From assembly GCA_900769785.1 (NCBI GenBank), contig CAAGHV010000125.1, forward strand, positions 1 through 57,204: DNA of 57,204 nt. Reading direction: 5' to 3'. Made by a program: the position numbers and the translations under genes. The DNA is from Bacteroidales bacterium. Its GTDB lineage: Bacteria > Bacteroidota > Bacteroidia > Bacteroidales > P3. Under the pieces are notes generated by a model. The model did no database searches, had not been told where the DNA came from, and saw nothing but the letters and a program-made list of their open reading frames with translations. Shown here one piece after another: positions 45,701 to 57,204 of this stretch. Every line of letters starts with the position of its first letter. The first letter of the stretch is position 1.

Positions 45701-48139
45701 ATGAATATAGAAAGAAAGAAACACCTCCAAACACTTGGATGTTTGGTTGTATTTGTGGCTTTGCTTTTGGGATACCAATCGGGTAAGGCTCAAACAGTAA
45801 GTGGTACTGTTACGGACAAGGCCACGGGCGAAACTCTGATAGGGGCTACTGTGCTTGACGAGATTTCGGGCAAAGGAACTGTTACTAATGCTCATGGCCG
45901 TTATTCGTTTACCATTCATCAAGATTCGGTAAGGTTGCGCGTGTCGTATGTAGGCTATGCTACACAGTTGTTCAGCTTGAAGTTGGACAAGGCCACCGAA
46001 ATTAATATACGCTTAGAGCCTGCCGTTGAACTACAGACAGTTACCATACGTGCCGAAAGGCCTACCGATCCCAAAAGTTCGCAGCTTAGTGCTATTGCCA
46101 TACCGGTAGAGCATCTCAAGTCGGTGCCGGTATTGTTTGGCGAAGTAGATGTGCTTAAAACCCTCCAGCTTATGCCCGGTGTACAAGGAGGCTCGGAAGG
46201 TATGAGCGGTATGTATGTGCGTGGTGGCGGTCCCGACGAAAATTTGTTTCTGCTCGACGGAGTGCCTATATATAATGTAAGCCACCTAGGCGGCTTTTTC
46301 AGCGCCTTCAATGCTGATGCCGTAAAGAACGTTACATTATACAAGGGTAGCTTTCCAGCAAGGTTTGGTGGACGATTGTCTAGTGTGCTGGATATTACTA
46401 CCAACAATGGTAATGACAAGGAATATCATGGCTCGGTAAATATAGGCCTTATATCGGCCAAGTTGGCATTGGAAGGACCTATAGTGAAGGAGAAAACCAC
46501 CTTCAGTATCTCGGCACGTCGTACCTATGGCGACCTTATGTTGCAGCCCGTGTTGTCGATGATGAACAATGGCGAATTTGATAAGCTGAGGGCAGGATAT
46601 TATTTCTACGATTTTAATGGTAAGATTACACATAAGTTCTCCGAACGTAGTCGCTTGTATGCCAGCTATTATATGGGCGACGATAAGGTGTATGCACGTA
46701 TCAGATACGACGAGTCGAACAACGGCGACATATATCGCGAAACTATGAAGATGAACATGAATTGGGGTAACATAGTGGGTAGCTTAAGATGGAACTATGT
46801 GATAAACCCACAGCTGTTTATGAACATAACAGGATCGTTTACACGCTATCGCAATGATATAGGAATGGGAATGGAATATTATGGTGAATATGAATACGAC
46901 GGAATTTATGAAAAGGAAGAGGAGTCAATAGATATGAACTATAAATCCGGTATTCGTGACTATGCCATACGTGCCGATTTCGACTACAGTCCCGACCCAA
47001 GTCATAGCATAAAGTTTGGTGGTTCGATGACACACCACGTATTTACTCCCGAGGTGTTGGGTATGAAACTACAACTCGACTACTCTGACGAGATGGGAAA
47101 TTATGGTATAGATACAACCTTGGGACAAAGTGTTGTGCATGCCAACGAAATAAACCTATTTGCCGAAGACGATTGGGCAATAACCGAGTCGTTGAAGCTT
47201 AATGCCGGATTGGCACTTAGTGGCTTTGCGGTGGAAGGAACTTTTTATCCCTCCATACAGCCACGCCTAAGTGGCCGTTGGCTATTGAGCGACGACTTTT
47301 CGGCCAAGTTTGGATATGCCTATATGACCCAGTATCTACACCTTTTGAGTACATCGGGTATAAATATGCCTACCGACCTGTGGGTGCCCGTAACGGCTCG
47401 TATAGCTCCTATGAATGCCCACCAGGTGGCCGCAGGACTATCGTATAACCTATTGAGTATATTAGACCTGTCATTAGAAAGTTATTACAAAAGTATGGAT
47501 AACCTGATGGAATACAAAGACGGTGCTTCGTTTTTTGGCAGCAGTGTGGGCTGGGAAGACAAGGTGTGTCTTGGCCGTGGATGGGCCTACGGGTTGGAGT
47601 TTTTGGCTCAGAAAACGGTGGGTACATTCACCGGCTGGATTGGATACACATGGAGCAAGACAATGCGACTATTTGACCGCCCCGGTCAGGTGCTGAACAA
47701 TGGCAACCCGTTCCCGGCCAAATACGACCGTCGTCACGATTTCTCGATAGTGCTGATGTATAAGCCCAACGACCGTTTCGACATCAGCGCCACTTGGGTG
47801 TATAGCACTGGTAATGCTGCTACTTTGGCAATGCAGGAATTTGAAGCACCGGATATTGAAGGATGGTATAGAAATGAAATAGAGTATGTGGAAGGACGAA
47901 ATAATTTCCGTATGCCCGACTATCACCGTATGGATATAGGCATGAACTTCCACAAAAAGAAGAAACACGGAGTACGCACATGGAACATAAGTATATATAA
48001 TGTATATAACCGCAAAAATCCGTATATGATATACGAGGGTACGCACTACAACCCTGTAAGTGGCAACTACGAAGGACGACTGATGCAACTATCGATATTT
48101 ACAATACTACCTTCGATATCATATCAATATAGATTCTAA
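45701..48139 (+). CDS. TonB-dependent receptor with CarboxypepD_reg N-domain
   Basis: Signal peptide, VSGTVTDKATGETLIGATV, a plug region (LQLMPGVQ) and a C-terminal aromatic terminus ..YQYRF. Confidence 0.85.
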   Translation: MNIERKKHLQTLGCLVVFVALLLGYQSGKAQTVSGTVTDKATGETLIGATVLDEISGKGTVTNAHGRYSFTIHQDSVRLRVSYVGYATQLFSLKLDKATEINIRLEPAVELQTVTIRAERPTDPKSSQLSAIAIPVEHLKSVPVLFGEVDVLKTLQLMPGVQGGSEGMSGMYVRGGGPDENLFLLDGVPIYNVSHLGGFFSAFNADAVKNVTLYKGSFPARFGGRLSSVLDITTNNGNDKEYHGSVNIGLISAKLALEGPIVKEKTTFSISARRTYGDLMLQPVLSMMNNGEFDKLRAGYYFYDFNGKITHKFSERSRLYASYYMGDDKVYARIRYDESNNGDIYRETMKMNMNWGNIVGSLRWNYVINPQLFMNITGSFTRYRNDIGMGMEYYGEYEYDGIYEKEEESIDMNYKSGIRDYAIRADFDYSPDPSHSIKFGGSMTHHVFTPEVLGMKLQLDYSDEMGNYGIDTTLGQSVVHANEINLFAEDDWAITESLKLNAGLALSGFAVEGTFYPSIQPRLSGRWLLSDDFSAKFGYAYMTQYLHLLSTSGINMPTDLWVPVTARIAPMNAHQVAAGLSYNLLSILDLSLESYYKSMDNLMEYKDGASFFGSSVGWEDKVCLGRGWAYGLEFLAQKTVGTFTGWIGYTWSKTMRLFDRPGQVLNNGNPFPAKYDRRHDFSIVLMYKPNDRFDISATWVYSTGNAATLAMQEFEAPDIEGWYRNEIEYVEGRNNFRMPDYHRMDIGMNFHKKKKHGVRTWNISIYNVYNRKNPYMIYEGTHYNPVSGNYEGRLMQLSIFTILPSISYQYRF

Positions 48140-48183
48140 TAAAAGCTAATGAAACAAAAAACGAATAATAAAAACAGAATATT

Positions 48184-49107
48184 ATGAAGACAATAAACAA
48201 TATATATATAAGACTATTGGCCCTAGCGGCCTTGTCGGCAATGGTGTTTGCTTCGTGCGAAACCCCGTTGGATATCGAATATTTAGATACTGAAGAGAAA
48301 GTGGTGGTAAATGCAATGGGAAACACTGATGAAAACCTCAACCTAAGGCTTACATACAGCCGTTGGTTTCTTTCGGAAAAACCATTCAAGGAGATAGATA
48401 ATGCCACCGTAAGTCTGATAGCCAATGGTCAAAAGGTTGATGAAGGTGCATTGCGTGTAGATGGCAGCACATACCCGGCAAAGAAGTATTACTGTTTTGA
48501 TAACTATTTGCCAAAGGAAGGTGATATGCTAAAACTAGATATACAGGTGCCCGGTGAAGAACCTGTTTCGGCCGAATGTAAGGTGCCATATAAGCCTCAT
48601 ATGTCCAATTTTACAGTTAAGGAACACAATGTTGATGATGATTATAGTGGTTATAAGGAATTGGGAATTTCCTTTCTTTTGAACGATAATCCTAATGAGA
48701 AAAACTACTATATGCTGCAAATTTATTCTTTCGACCAAGATTATCTCCAATATTTTTCAATTACAGATTATCTACTTGTTGAAACCGATGTTGCAGGTGC
48801 GATAGAAGGCGATATGTCTGTTACAGACAATGTATTTTTGTTTTCGGACGAGAAAATTAACGGACTCAATTACAATATTAATCTAGAGTTGTCCATTGAT
48901 ATGTACTCATACGATAATGGAGGTCTTCAATTTAGGTTAATTGCAATACCGGAAGCATTGTATTATTATATGCAAAGTCTTGATTTGATGACTGATGATA
49001 TGCAAGAAGTGTTTGGTGAACCGGTGCAGATATATAACAATATCAGCAACGGAATAGGCATATTTGCAATATCGTCCACAACTATAGAACATGTAGTTGC
49101 AAACTAA
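48184..49107 (+). CDS. DUF4249-like lipoprotein
   Basis: Lipobox VFASC. Its size and position directly after this TBDR type are typical. Confidence 0.6.
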   Translation: MKTINNIYIRLLALAALSAMVFASCETPLDIEYLDTEEKVVVNAMGNTDENLNLRLTYSRWFLSEKPFKEIDNATVSLIANGQKVDEGALRVDGSTYPAKKYYCFDNYLPKEGDMLKLDIQVPGEEPVSAECKVPYKPHMSNFTVKEHNVDDDYSGYKELGISFLLNDNPNEKNYYMLQIYSFDQDYLQYFSITDYLLVETDVAGAIEGDMSVTDNVFLFSDEKINGLNYNINLELSIDMYSYDNGGLQFRLIAIPEALYYYMQSLDLMTDDMQEVFGEPVQIYNNISNGIGIFAISSTTIEHVVAN

Positions 49108-49121
49108 ACACTATTTTAGTA

Positions 49122-50219
49122 ATGAACAACTTGTATTGGTTGGCATTTAGTATGATTCCGGGAGTTGGCGGCAAAACGGCGCGCCAACTTCTTGACCTTA
49201 TTCCAAATCCCGAAGGTTTGTTTTCGGAAAGCCGAAAGGGATTGGAAACCATATTTGGCAATAAAACAAAGATAATAGATGCCATACTGTCAAAGTCGAT
49301 GTTTGTTCAAGCCGAAGACGAGCTGAAGTTTATAGAAAACCACGATATACAGCTGCTTACATATACCGACAACCGCTATCCGCAACGGCTCCGACGTGCC
49401 GAATGTGGCGATACACCTGTGGTGCTATTCTACAAAGGCACAGCTGACCTCAATACACAGCGTGTTGTAAGCATTGTAGGTACACGCAAACCTACTGATT
49501 ATGGCTATCAGGTTACAGAGCGATTGGTGCAGGAGATGGCAACCGAAAATATATTGGTGGTAAGTGGTTTGGCATATGGTATTGATGCATGTTCGCATAG
49601 AACTGCCTTGCAACATCATCTGCCCACAGTGGGAGTATTGGGGCATGGATTAGATACGATATATCCTTCGGATAACCGTGGTTTGGCCAAAGATATGCTT
49701 TCTAATGGTGGGTTGCTTACCGAATTTTGTAGCAAAACCAAATTAGACCCACATAATTTCCCAGCTCGTAATCGTATAATAGCCGCACTGTCGGATGCCG
49801 TTATAGTGGTAGAAGCAGCCAAAAAAGGTGGCGCTCTCATTACCGCCGAGATAGCCAATGGATACAATAGAGATGTGTTTGCCGTGCCGGGAAAGATAAA
49901 CGAGCAGTATTCTGAAGGGTGCAATAATCTGATAAAGACAAATAGGGCAAACCTTTTGCAATCGGTGCAAGACTTGTACTACATAATGGGATGGAAGAAG
50001 AATGAGAAGGCCAAAGTAATACAACCTTCGTTATTTGAAGAATTACCTGCGGACCAAAAGAAAGTTTACGACCTATTGCTCTTACACAAGGAACTTACAA
50101 TGGATGAAATTGTGGAAAAATCAGGTATATCTTTGCCCAAAATAGCAGCTATACTACTATCTTTGGAGCTGAAAAACGTGCTGAAGTGTTTGCCAGGTAA
50201 GATTTATAAAATAGTGTAA
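49122..50219 (+). CDS. dprA: DNA-processing protein DprA
   Basis: SAM-like N-terminus (IPGVGGKTARQLL), Rossmann core IVGTRKPT..VSGLAYGIDA and a C-terminal wHTH. Confidence 0.85.
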   Translation: MNNLYWLAFSMIPGVGGKTARQLLDLIPNPEGLFSESRKGLETIFGNKTKIIDAILSKSMFVQAEDELKFIENHDIQLLTYTDNRYPQRLRRAECGDTPVVLFYKGTADLNTQRVVSIVGTRKPTDYGYQVTERLVQEMATENILVVSGLAYGIDACSHRTALQHHLPTVGVLGHGLDTIYPSDNRGLAKDMLSNGGLLTEFCSKTKLDPHNFPARNRIIAALSDAVIVVEAAKKGGALITAEIANGYNRDVFAVPGKINEQYSEGCNNLIKTNRANLLQSVQDLYYIMGWKKNEKAKVIQPSLFEELPADQKKVYDLLLLHKELTMDEIVEKSGISLPKIAAILLSLELKNVLKCLPGKIYKIV

Positions 50220-50315
50220 ATTAGTGTTGTGTAGGAAAAGATGTATTTTTTTTTACAAAATGCTTTAATAATCCAAAATATTGTCGTAAATTCGCAGACT
50301 GTTAGCGATACATAA

Positions 50316-51854
<1,539 letters not shown>

Positions 51855-51892
51855 CAGTAGTTTAGTGGTAAGAAATCAAATCGTTGTGGGCA

Positions 51893-52129
51893 ATGAAGGT
51901 GAAGATAATAAAACCAGATGCCGTAGTTTACGAAGGCGAGGTGAAACTTATACAACTGCCGGGAATAGATGGTTTGTTTGAGATACTGAACAATCATGCA
52001 CCCATAATATCGGCATTGCAAAAAGGAAAGATACGTGTAGTAGATACTGAAAACGAAACATTCTTTTTTAGTATCAATTCGGGAGTAATAAAAGGAGAGC
52101 AAAATGATATACTTGTATTGGTACAGTAA
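51893..52129 (+). CDS. atpC: F1 ATP synthase subunit epsilon
   Basis: The beta-sandwich N-domain pattern (P....Y.GEV..I.LPG..G.F.IL..HAP) follows atpD directly. I prefer the ATG at 51893 over the TTG at 51884. Confidence 0.75.
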   Translation: MKVKIIKPDAVVYEGEVKLIQLPGIDGLFEILNNHAPIISALQKGKIRVVDTENETFFFSINSGVIKGEQNDILVLVQ

Positions 52130-52216
52130 TATTGTAATGCTTTGCACATCGAGTGTAGATAAACATATGCGATGAGTTCGTTTTCATAGAAAGATAAGTT
52201 TTTTTGTTATTAATAT

Positions 52217-52251
52217 GAGGTAAAAGGTTTTTGTCCCTTTTACCTCTTTTT
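52217..52251 (+). terminator. terminator of atpDC
   Basis: GAGGTAAAAGG-tttttgtc-CCTTTTACCTC followed by TTTTT. Confidence 0.85.
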
Positions 52252-52701
52252 CTGTTGTCGTATTTTTGTTAGAAAACTATTGTAATACCCGTTACTTGAA
52301 TTAAATTTCCTAATATTTTACACGAATACTTAATCTAAAGAATATCACAATCAATGTTATATTATCATACTTGTGATAAACTAATATGAAACAATTGACA
52401 ATAGGGGGGATTTAATTTATTCAATAGGTTGTAATATGTAGTTAAAATATATCTAACCACCCTGATGAATATATAAAACATTTATCAGTAGAGTCTTTTG
52501 GAAATGTTAAACTTCTAGAATGTTCGTTTCGAGATATCGTAATATTGAAACTATATGAAATAGCCGTTTTTTTTTTGAAAAATGAGAGATGTTTTTTTTG
52601 TTTTTACAAAAGATAATATTTTAGTGTAAAGTGCGTTAAGAAAATTGTAAAACAATAGGGTATAGATTCTTTTTCGATATAACTTATAATTAATTATATC
52701 T

Positions 52702-55700
52702 ATGACTACAAATAATATTAATAAGTTTGTAATTTACAAATCGTCAGCAGGTTCCGGTAAGACATTTACGTTGGCCAAGGAATATCTTGCATTGGCATTG
52801 CCTAATGCAAGATTTGAAGATATATTGGCAATAACATTTACCAATAAGGCCGTCAATGAAATGAAAACCAGAATACTGAAAGAGTTGTCAAAAATGAAAG
52901 ATCCCGTCAATATGGATATGAACGATGGTATGATAAAAGACTTGAGTAATAGGTTGGGATATGATGTTAATACATTGTCGGAAAAGGCTAGGAAGTTGGA
53001 GTTTAGGATATTGCATAATTATTCCGATTTTGCAGTTTCGACCATTGATAGTTTTGTTCAGAAGATAATCCAAGTGTTTGCTTATGATTTGGATATACCG
53101 CTTGGTTTTGAGCTTATTCTGGAAGAAGAGGAGATGAGAGAAAAGGCTGTGCGAGATGTATTTTCGAGTATTGGTATTGACGAGGGGTTTACCAATGTGG
53201 TATTGAGGTACGTTGATGAAAGTATGCAAACTGACAAATCGTGGAATATGGAAAAGAAACTTGTTGAATTGTCTAAAGTTATACTAGCCGAGGATGCTCC
53301 CGAAAAGTTGAAACAGCTGAATGAGTTATCAATGCAAGATTTTATGGAAATTCAAGATAAACTAAAGAACGAGAATCGGAAGGTGGAAAAACGCTGTAAG
53401 GATATTGGAAATGAAGCTATGAAGCTGTTTGCCGATAATGATATGGATGCTAGTGATTTTTATCAGGGAAATAGAGGAGTATATTCGTATTTAGAAAAGT
53501 TGAGTAGGGGGGAGGTAAAGGGTTTGAATTCATATGCTTGTAAGTTTATTGATGATGCGAATTGTAGAGTTAGCAAAAAGAGTAATAAGCAAGAACTGTT
53601 GTTGGAATTGTCTGACAAGTATATAATAGCTTGGTTAAATGAGTTGAAAGAACTTTATTCGGAAGACTATCATACACGAAAATTGTTGTTGGAGAAAATC
53701 TACACCATGGCAGTGCTAAATGCAGTCTCAGAAAAAGTAAATGAATACTATAGAGAGAATAATGTGCTTCATATTTCGGAACAAAACAAGAAATTGTCGG
53801 ACGTCGTATTGTTGGAGTCTATACCATTTGTATATGAGCGTTTAGGAGAAAGGTATAAGCATTTTCTTATCGATGAATTTCAGGATACCTCTGTGTTACA
53901 ATGGCAAAACCTTGTTCCATTATTGGAAAACTCATTATCGTCGAATGAGAGATCTCTATCAATGGTTGTAGGCGATGCCAAGCAGGCAATATATCGTTTC
54001 CGTCAAGGCGATGTAGAGCAGTTTATAAATCTTCCTAATTTGTCAATATCTACTGATAATGAATACGTAAGGGCGATAGTTGGACAGCGAGAAAGGGTGT
54101 TGAAAGAAGTTTCTGATATACAAAATTTGTCAGTAAATTATCGTACGAAAAGAGATATCGTAAACTTTAATAATGAGTTCTTTACTCACCTGATGGGAGT
54201 AGCCGGCGTGTTAGAAAATCAAATGTTAAGGGATATATATCTTGGTAAAGATTATATTGATAATAAAAAGGAAGTTCCTGATCTATATCAAGCTTATCCT
54301 GAAAAAAGGAATACGGAAAGTGGAGGGTATGTATCTGTGAAACTAGTTGATTCTGACTCCGAAAGAGAAGATATTTTGGAAGAAGTATATGAAACTATAC
54401 GGAATTTGGTAGAGGAGAAAGGTTATAGTTATGGCGATATTGCAGTGTTGGGCCGAGATAAAAAAGTGTTAATAGCTGTTTCGTCATATCTTTCGGATAG
54501 GCAAGTTTGTGGAAAAGATATACCAATAGAGTCGGCAGAAAGTTTTCTTTTGATAAAGAATGAGGAGGTGTTGTTCTTAGTATCGCTACTTAAATTGTTG
54601 CACAATAGATATGATGATGTTGAGATTCTTAATGTATTGGAGTATCTGCAAAACAGAAAGAAATATAAAATTGATACAAGCGAAATATTGTGTGCCAATT
54701 ATTTTATAGGTTATAAAAAGGATAGTGATATATTTGATTTTTTGAAGAATATTGGTTATGAACTTAATCCAACCGAGTTACTTTCGATGACGTTGTATGA
54801 TTGTTGTGAAACACTTGTGCGCGAGTTTTCATTGAAAGATAGAGGCATGGAATATGTGACATCATTTCTTAATCAAGTGGCAATATATTCAACAAGGAAT
54901 AGACAGGACCTATCGGAATTTCTTGAAAAATTTTCATATAAAAAGAATTCCTATACATTGAATACAACAGCATCATCTGATGCTGTAAAACTTATGACAA
55001 TACATAAGTCTAAGGGATTAGAATTTCCTATTATTATATATCCAATATTTTCGACCAAGGGAAACAATGCTGATGATATGTGGGTAAGTGTAGATAAGGA
55101 TAAGTATTTGTTGCCTATAAGTTTAGTGTCATCCAAAGTTGAAATGTCTGAATCGAAATTTAATCAACAATACTTTGCTGAACAATATAAAAAACAACTT
55201 GATGATATAAATATATTGTATGTGGCACTTACTCGCCCAGAAGAAAAATTGTTTGTGGTGTCGCCTCGCAGAGGAGTGAATAAAGAAGGTGCTTATACTA
55301 CTATTGAATCATATATTACGTCCTTTGTGAAAGAAGGTGATATGTATGAAAAAGGAGAAAATACATGCAAAGAATTACCGAGAGAAGATAAGTTGGATAA
55401 AAAACAAGAAGAAAATAAGCCTATTAATAAAGTATATAATACCTTCGTGTCGGAAGAGACTGTGATATCGGTATCGCTCGAAAAAACTGCTGCAATAGAA
55501 GAAGGTATTTTGATACACGATATATTTTCGAACATATATACGGCAGAAGATATTGATAGTGTTATTAATATGTTTAAGCTGAAAAAAGGACTGCATGATG
55601 ATTATGTAGAAACTCTTCGTAAACGAGTAGAAAGGATTGTGTATGACGAACGATATTCCAAGTATTTTGATTCTAAATATTCTGTAAAAACAGAATGTGA

Positions 55701-55896
55701 AATATTGTATGTAAATGAAGCAATGCACCAGATGGAGCGGCCAGACAGGGTGGTTTTTGCTGATGGTGAAACATGGGTTGTTGATTTTAAAACTGGTTAT
55801 CCGATGTCTTGTTATGATAACCAAATACAAAGATATGTTGATGTAATTAAGGCTATGGGATACCCAAATGTTAGAGGAGAAGTAGTTTATTGTTGA
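52702..55896 (+). CDS. UvrD/Rep-type SF1 helicase fused to a C-terminal PD-(D/E)XK nuclease (AddA/RecB-like)
   Basis: Motif I SSAGSGKTFTLA, Ia AITFTNKAVNEM and II LIDEFQDTS, plus TIHKSKGLEF and YVALTRP. Nuclease motifs are GILIHDIF, RPDRVV and VVDFKTG..QIQRY. A hand count gave about 33% GC. Confidence 0.85.
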   Translation: MTTNNINKFVIYKSSAGSGKTFTLAKEYLALALPNARFEDILAITFTNKAVNEMKTRILKELSKMKDPVNMDMNDGMIKDLSNRLGYDVNTLSEKARKLEFRILHNYSDFAVSTIDSFVQKIIQVFAYDLDIPLGFELILEEEEMREKAVRDVFSSIGIDEGFTNVVLRYVDESMQTDKSWNMEKKLVELSKVILAEDAPEKLKQLNELSMQDFMEIQDKLKNENRKVEKRCKDIGNEAMKLFADNDMDASDFYQGNRGVYSYLEKLSRGEVKGLNSYACKFIDDANCRVSKKSNKQELLLELSDKYIIAWLNELKELYSEDYHTRKLLLEKIYTMAVLNAVSEKVNEYYRENNVLHISEQNKKLSDVVLLESIPFVYERLGERYKHFLIDEFQDTSVLQWQNLVPLLENSLSSNERSLSMVVGDAKQAIYRFRQGDVEQFINLPNLSISTDNEYVRAIVGQRERVLKEVSDIQNLSVNYRTKRDIVNFNNEFFTHLMGVAGVLENQMLRDIYLGKDYIDNKKEVPDLYQAYPEKRNTESGGYVSVKLVDSDSEREDILEEVYETIRNLVEEKGYSYGDIAVLGRDKKVLIAVSSYLSDRQVCGKDIPIESAESFLLIKNEEVLFLVSLLKLLHNRYDDVEILNVLEYLQNRKKYKIDTSEILCANYFIGYKKDSDIFDFLKNIGYELNPTELLSMTLYDCCETLVREFSLKDRGMEYVTSFLNQVAIYSTRNRQDLSEFLEKFSYKKNSYTLNTTASSDAVKLMTIHKSKGLEFPIIIYPIFSTKGNNADDMWVSVDKDKYLLPISLVSSKVEMSESKFNQQYFAEQYKKQLDDINILYVALTRPEEKLFVVSPRRGVNKEGAYTTIESYITSFVKEGDMYEKGENTCKELPREDKLDKKQEENKPINKVYNTFVSEETVISVSLEKTAAIEEGILIHDIFSNIYTAEDIDSVINMFKLKKGLHDDYVETLRKRVERIVYDERYSKYFDSKYSVKTECEILYVNEAMHQMERPDRVVFADGETWVVDFKTGYPMSCYDNQIQRYVDVIKAMGYPNVRGEVVYC

Positions 55897-56193
55897 TGGA
55901 AAACTGTCAAAAAAATGATAAAAAGAGAATTATTTTAGTGAATATGAGATGATTTTGTGGTGTTAAAAAAAAGCGTTTTAGGATTTTTTAATAATATTTT
56001 TTGATACTTGTATATCTTTGTAAATCAAGTATTAACTATTGAAGAATAATGTTTGTGATATTATTAAAAAGGGAATGAAAATATGTAATATTAATCTAAT
56101 GTATTTGTTTCTCAAGGTGTTACTTGATTATATGTTTGGGTGCTTGAAAATAAAGTTTTGAGTATTAATACTATGTAATTCATTTTTTTTTCA

Positions 56194-56201
56194 TATCTTT
56201 G
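56194..56201 (+). promoter_or_regulatory. -7 box TATCTTTG for the HU gene
   Basis: TAnnTTTG lies 56 nt upstream of the ATG at 56257. Confidence 0.5.
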
Positions 56202-56256
56202 CAAACTCAAACAATTGAAAATAAATAGTAATAATAACAATAAAATTAATAGAGAA

Positions 56257-56541
56257 ATGACAAAAGCAGAAATCGTAGCTGATATAGCTGCAAAGACTGG
56301 TATTGAAAAAGTTGCTATCCAAGCAACTATTGAATCGTTTATGGATGTTATAAAAGATTCATTGGCTAATGGTGATAACGTTTATTTGCGTGGTTTCGGT
56401 AGTTTTATCGTAAAGAAGAGAGCAGAAAAAACCGGTAGAAACATTTCTAAAAATGAAACAATAATTATTCCGGCTCACAATATTCCTGCTTTCAAACCTG
56501 CAAAAACTTTTGTTCAAGAAGTAAAAAGTAATGTAAAATAA
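56257..56541 (+). CDS. hup: HU-family DNA-binding protein
   Basis: MTKAEIV..IA, GFGSFIVKKRAEKTGRNISKNETIIIPAHNIPAFKPAK. I moved the start to the ATG at 56257; the listed ORF begins at an upstream TTG. Confidence 0.9.
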   Translation: MTKAEIVADIAAKTGIEKVAIQATIESFMDVIKDSLANGDNVYLRGFGSFIVKKRAEKTGRNISKNETIIIPAHNIPAFKPAKTFVQEVKSNVK

Positions 56542-56560
56542 TAAAAACGGATATTGTAAA

Positions 56561-56650
56561 ATGCCAAGCGGAAAAAAGAGAAAAGGTCACAAGATGGCGA
56601 CCCACAAACGTAAAAAACGTTTGCGTAAGAATAGACATAAGAAGAAATAA
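56561..56650 (+). CDS. 29-codon highly basic micro-ORF, possible bS22-type small ribosomal protein
   Basis: ATG..TAA encodes MPSGKKRKGHKMATHKRKKRLRKNRHKKK. It lies 19 nt after HU and before a strong terminator. It is below the ORF-track length cut-off. Confidence 0.5.
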   Translation: MPSGKKRKGHKMATHKRKKRLRKNRHKKK

Positions 56651-56676
56651 TTTTCTATCTTATTAAGATAAAACAG

Positions 56677-56716
56677 ATTACACAATGAGAAGAATTCGTT
56701 GTGTAATTTGTTTTTT
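56677..56716 (+). terminator. terminator after HU and the micro-ORF
   Basis: ATTACACAA-N13-TTGTGTAAT followed by TTGTTTTTT. Confidence 0.75.
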
Positions 56717-56779
56717 AGTGGATTTTCTTTTTAATGTATTAAGAAAATCTAGGTAATTGAAATAAATATTCAAAGTGTA

Positions 56780-57204
56780 ATGTCCACAATGAACAAAGAA
56801 TTAATAATAGCATCGTCAGATTCGGAAGTTGAAATAGCGTTGGTTGAGGATAAACAGTTGGTGGAGCTACATAAGGAGAAAAAGAATCATCAACATATAG
56901 TAGGGGATGCCTATTTGGGACGGGTAAAAAAAATTATGCCCGGGTTAAATGCTGTGTTTGTTGATGTTGCTCACGAAAAAGATGCTTTCCTGCATTATCT
57001 AGACTTAGGACCTCAGTATTCCTCGGTTAATAAATATATGCGTCAAGCTATGAATGGTGATCCCAATGCTTTGACGTTAAAGAATTTCAAAATTGAGCCT
57101 AATATTGAGAAAGCAGGTAAAGTGTCTAATGTTTTGAAAAGTGGACAATTTATTCTTGTACAGATTGCAAAAGAACCTATATCTACTAAAGGTAGATCGG
57201 AAGA
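56780..57204 (+). CDS. rng: ribonuclease G/E family protein, 3'-truncated by the window edge
   Basis: The frame is open from the ATG at 56780 (alternative 56789) to the window end. S1-domain signature GDAYLGRVKKIMPGLNAVFVDV and ILVQIAKEPISTKG. Confidence 0.8.
   Translation, partial: MSTMNKELIIASSDSEVEIALVEDKQLVELHKEKKNHQHIVGDAYLGRVKKIMPGLNAVFVDVAHEKDAFLHYLDLGPQYSSVNKYMRQAMNGDPNALTLKNFKIEPNIEKAGKVSNVLKSGQFILVQIAKEPISTKGRSE

Overview
This is a 57.2-kb segment of a Bacteroidales (Bacteroidota) chromosome. The taxon call rests on TAnnTTTG -7 promoter boxes in front of most genes, no Shine-Dalgarno sequences, lipoprotein signals of the ..ASC type, a CarboxypepD_reg-type TonB receptor paired with DUF4249, and overall gene content. 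All protein calls come from motifs recognised by eye, because no database search was possible.

Layout:
- 1-6506: the right end of a phage-like integrated element. It carries a fibre-like repeat protein, a LamG-fold protein, a holin, an 834-aa structural-like protein and a tyrosine integrase, and it abuts an intact tRNA-Ser(CGA).
- 6.7-30.6 kb: housekeeping genes. These are pepE, a ROK kinase, two MFS transporters, aguB, a nucleoside phosphorylase, a YidE/YbjL transporter, an OmpR/HisKA pair, a solitary mutA, glmM, rocD, two tRNA-Leu, glyQS, a dNK, a methyltransferase, kdsB, a SPOR protein and trmB.
- 30.65-33.69 kb: an AT-rich, repeat-saturated accessory islet. It holds an AAA_14/DUF4143 ATPase and a Cys-less MGMT-fold (ATL-like) protein, and each gene is bracketed by copies of one 42-46-nt hairpin.
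- 33.7-52.1 kb: housekeeping genes. These are a trmH-like gene, gcvT, an M13 peptidase, rlmB-lolD-patatin-hutI-ruvB, TBDR+DUF4249, dprA and atpDC.
- 52.1-56.2 kb: an AT-rich block with a solitary 1064-aa UvrD/PD-(D/E)XK helicase-nuclease.
- 56.2 kb to the end: HU, a 29-codon basic micro-ORF and the 5' part of RNase G.

The feature list does not explain the non-coding DNA. At least ten intergenic loci are built from units phased at 21-23 bp, in direct arrays or as inverted pairs forming 40-46-nt hairpins. Several sequence families recur at different loci. I regard this 22-bp brick architecture, and the hairpin-bracketed cassette-like islet, as the best candidates for something undescribed. Their function cannot be decided from sequence alone.

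No CRISPR array, rRNA, transposase or recognisable riboswitch was seen.
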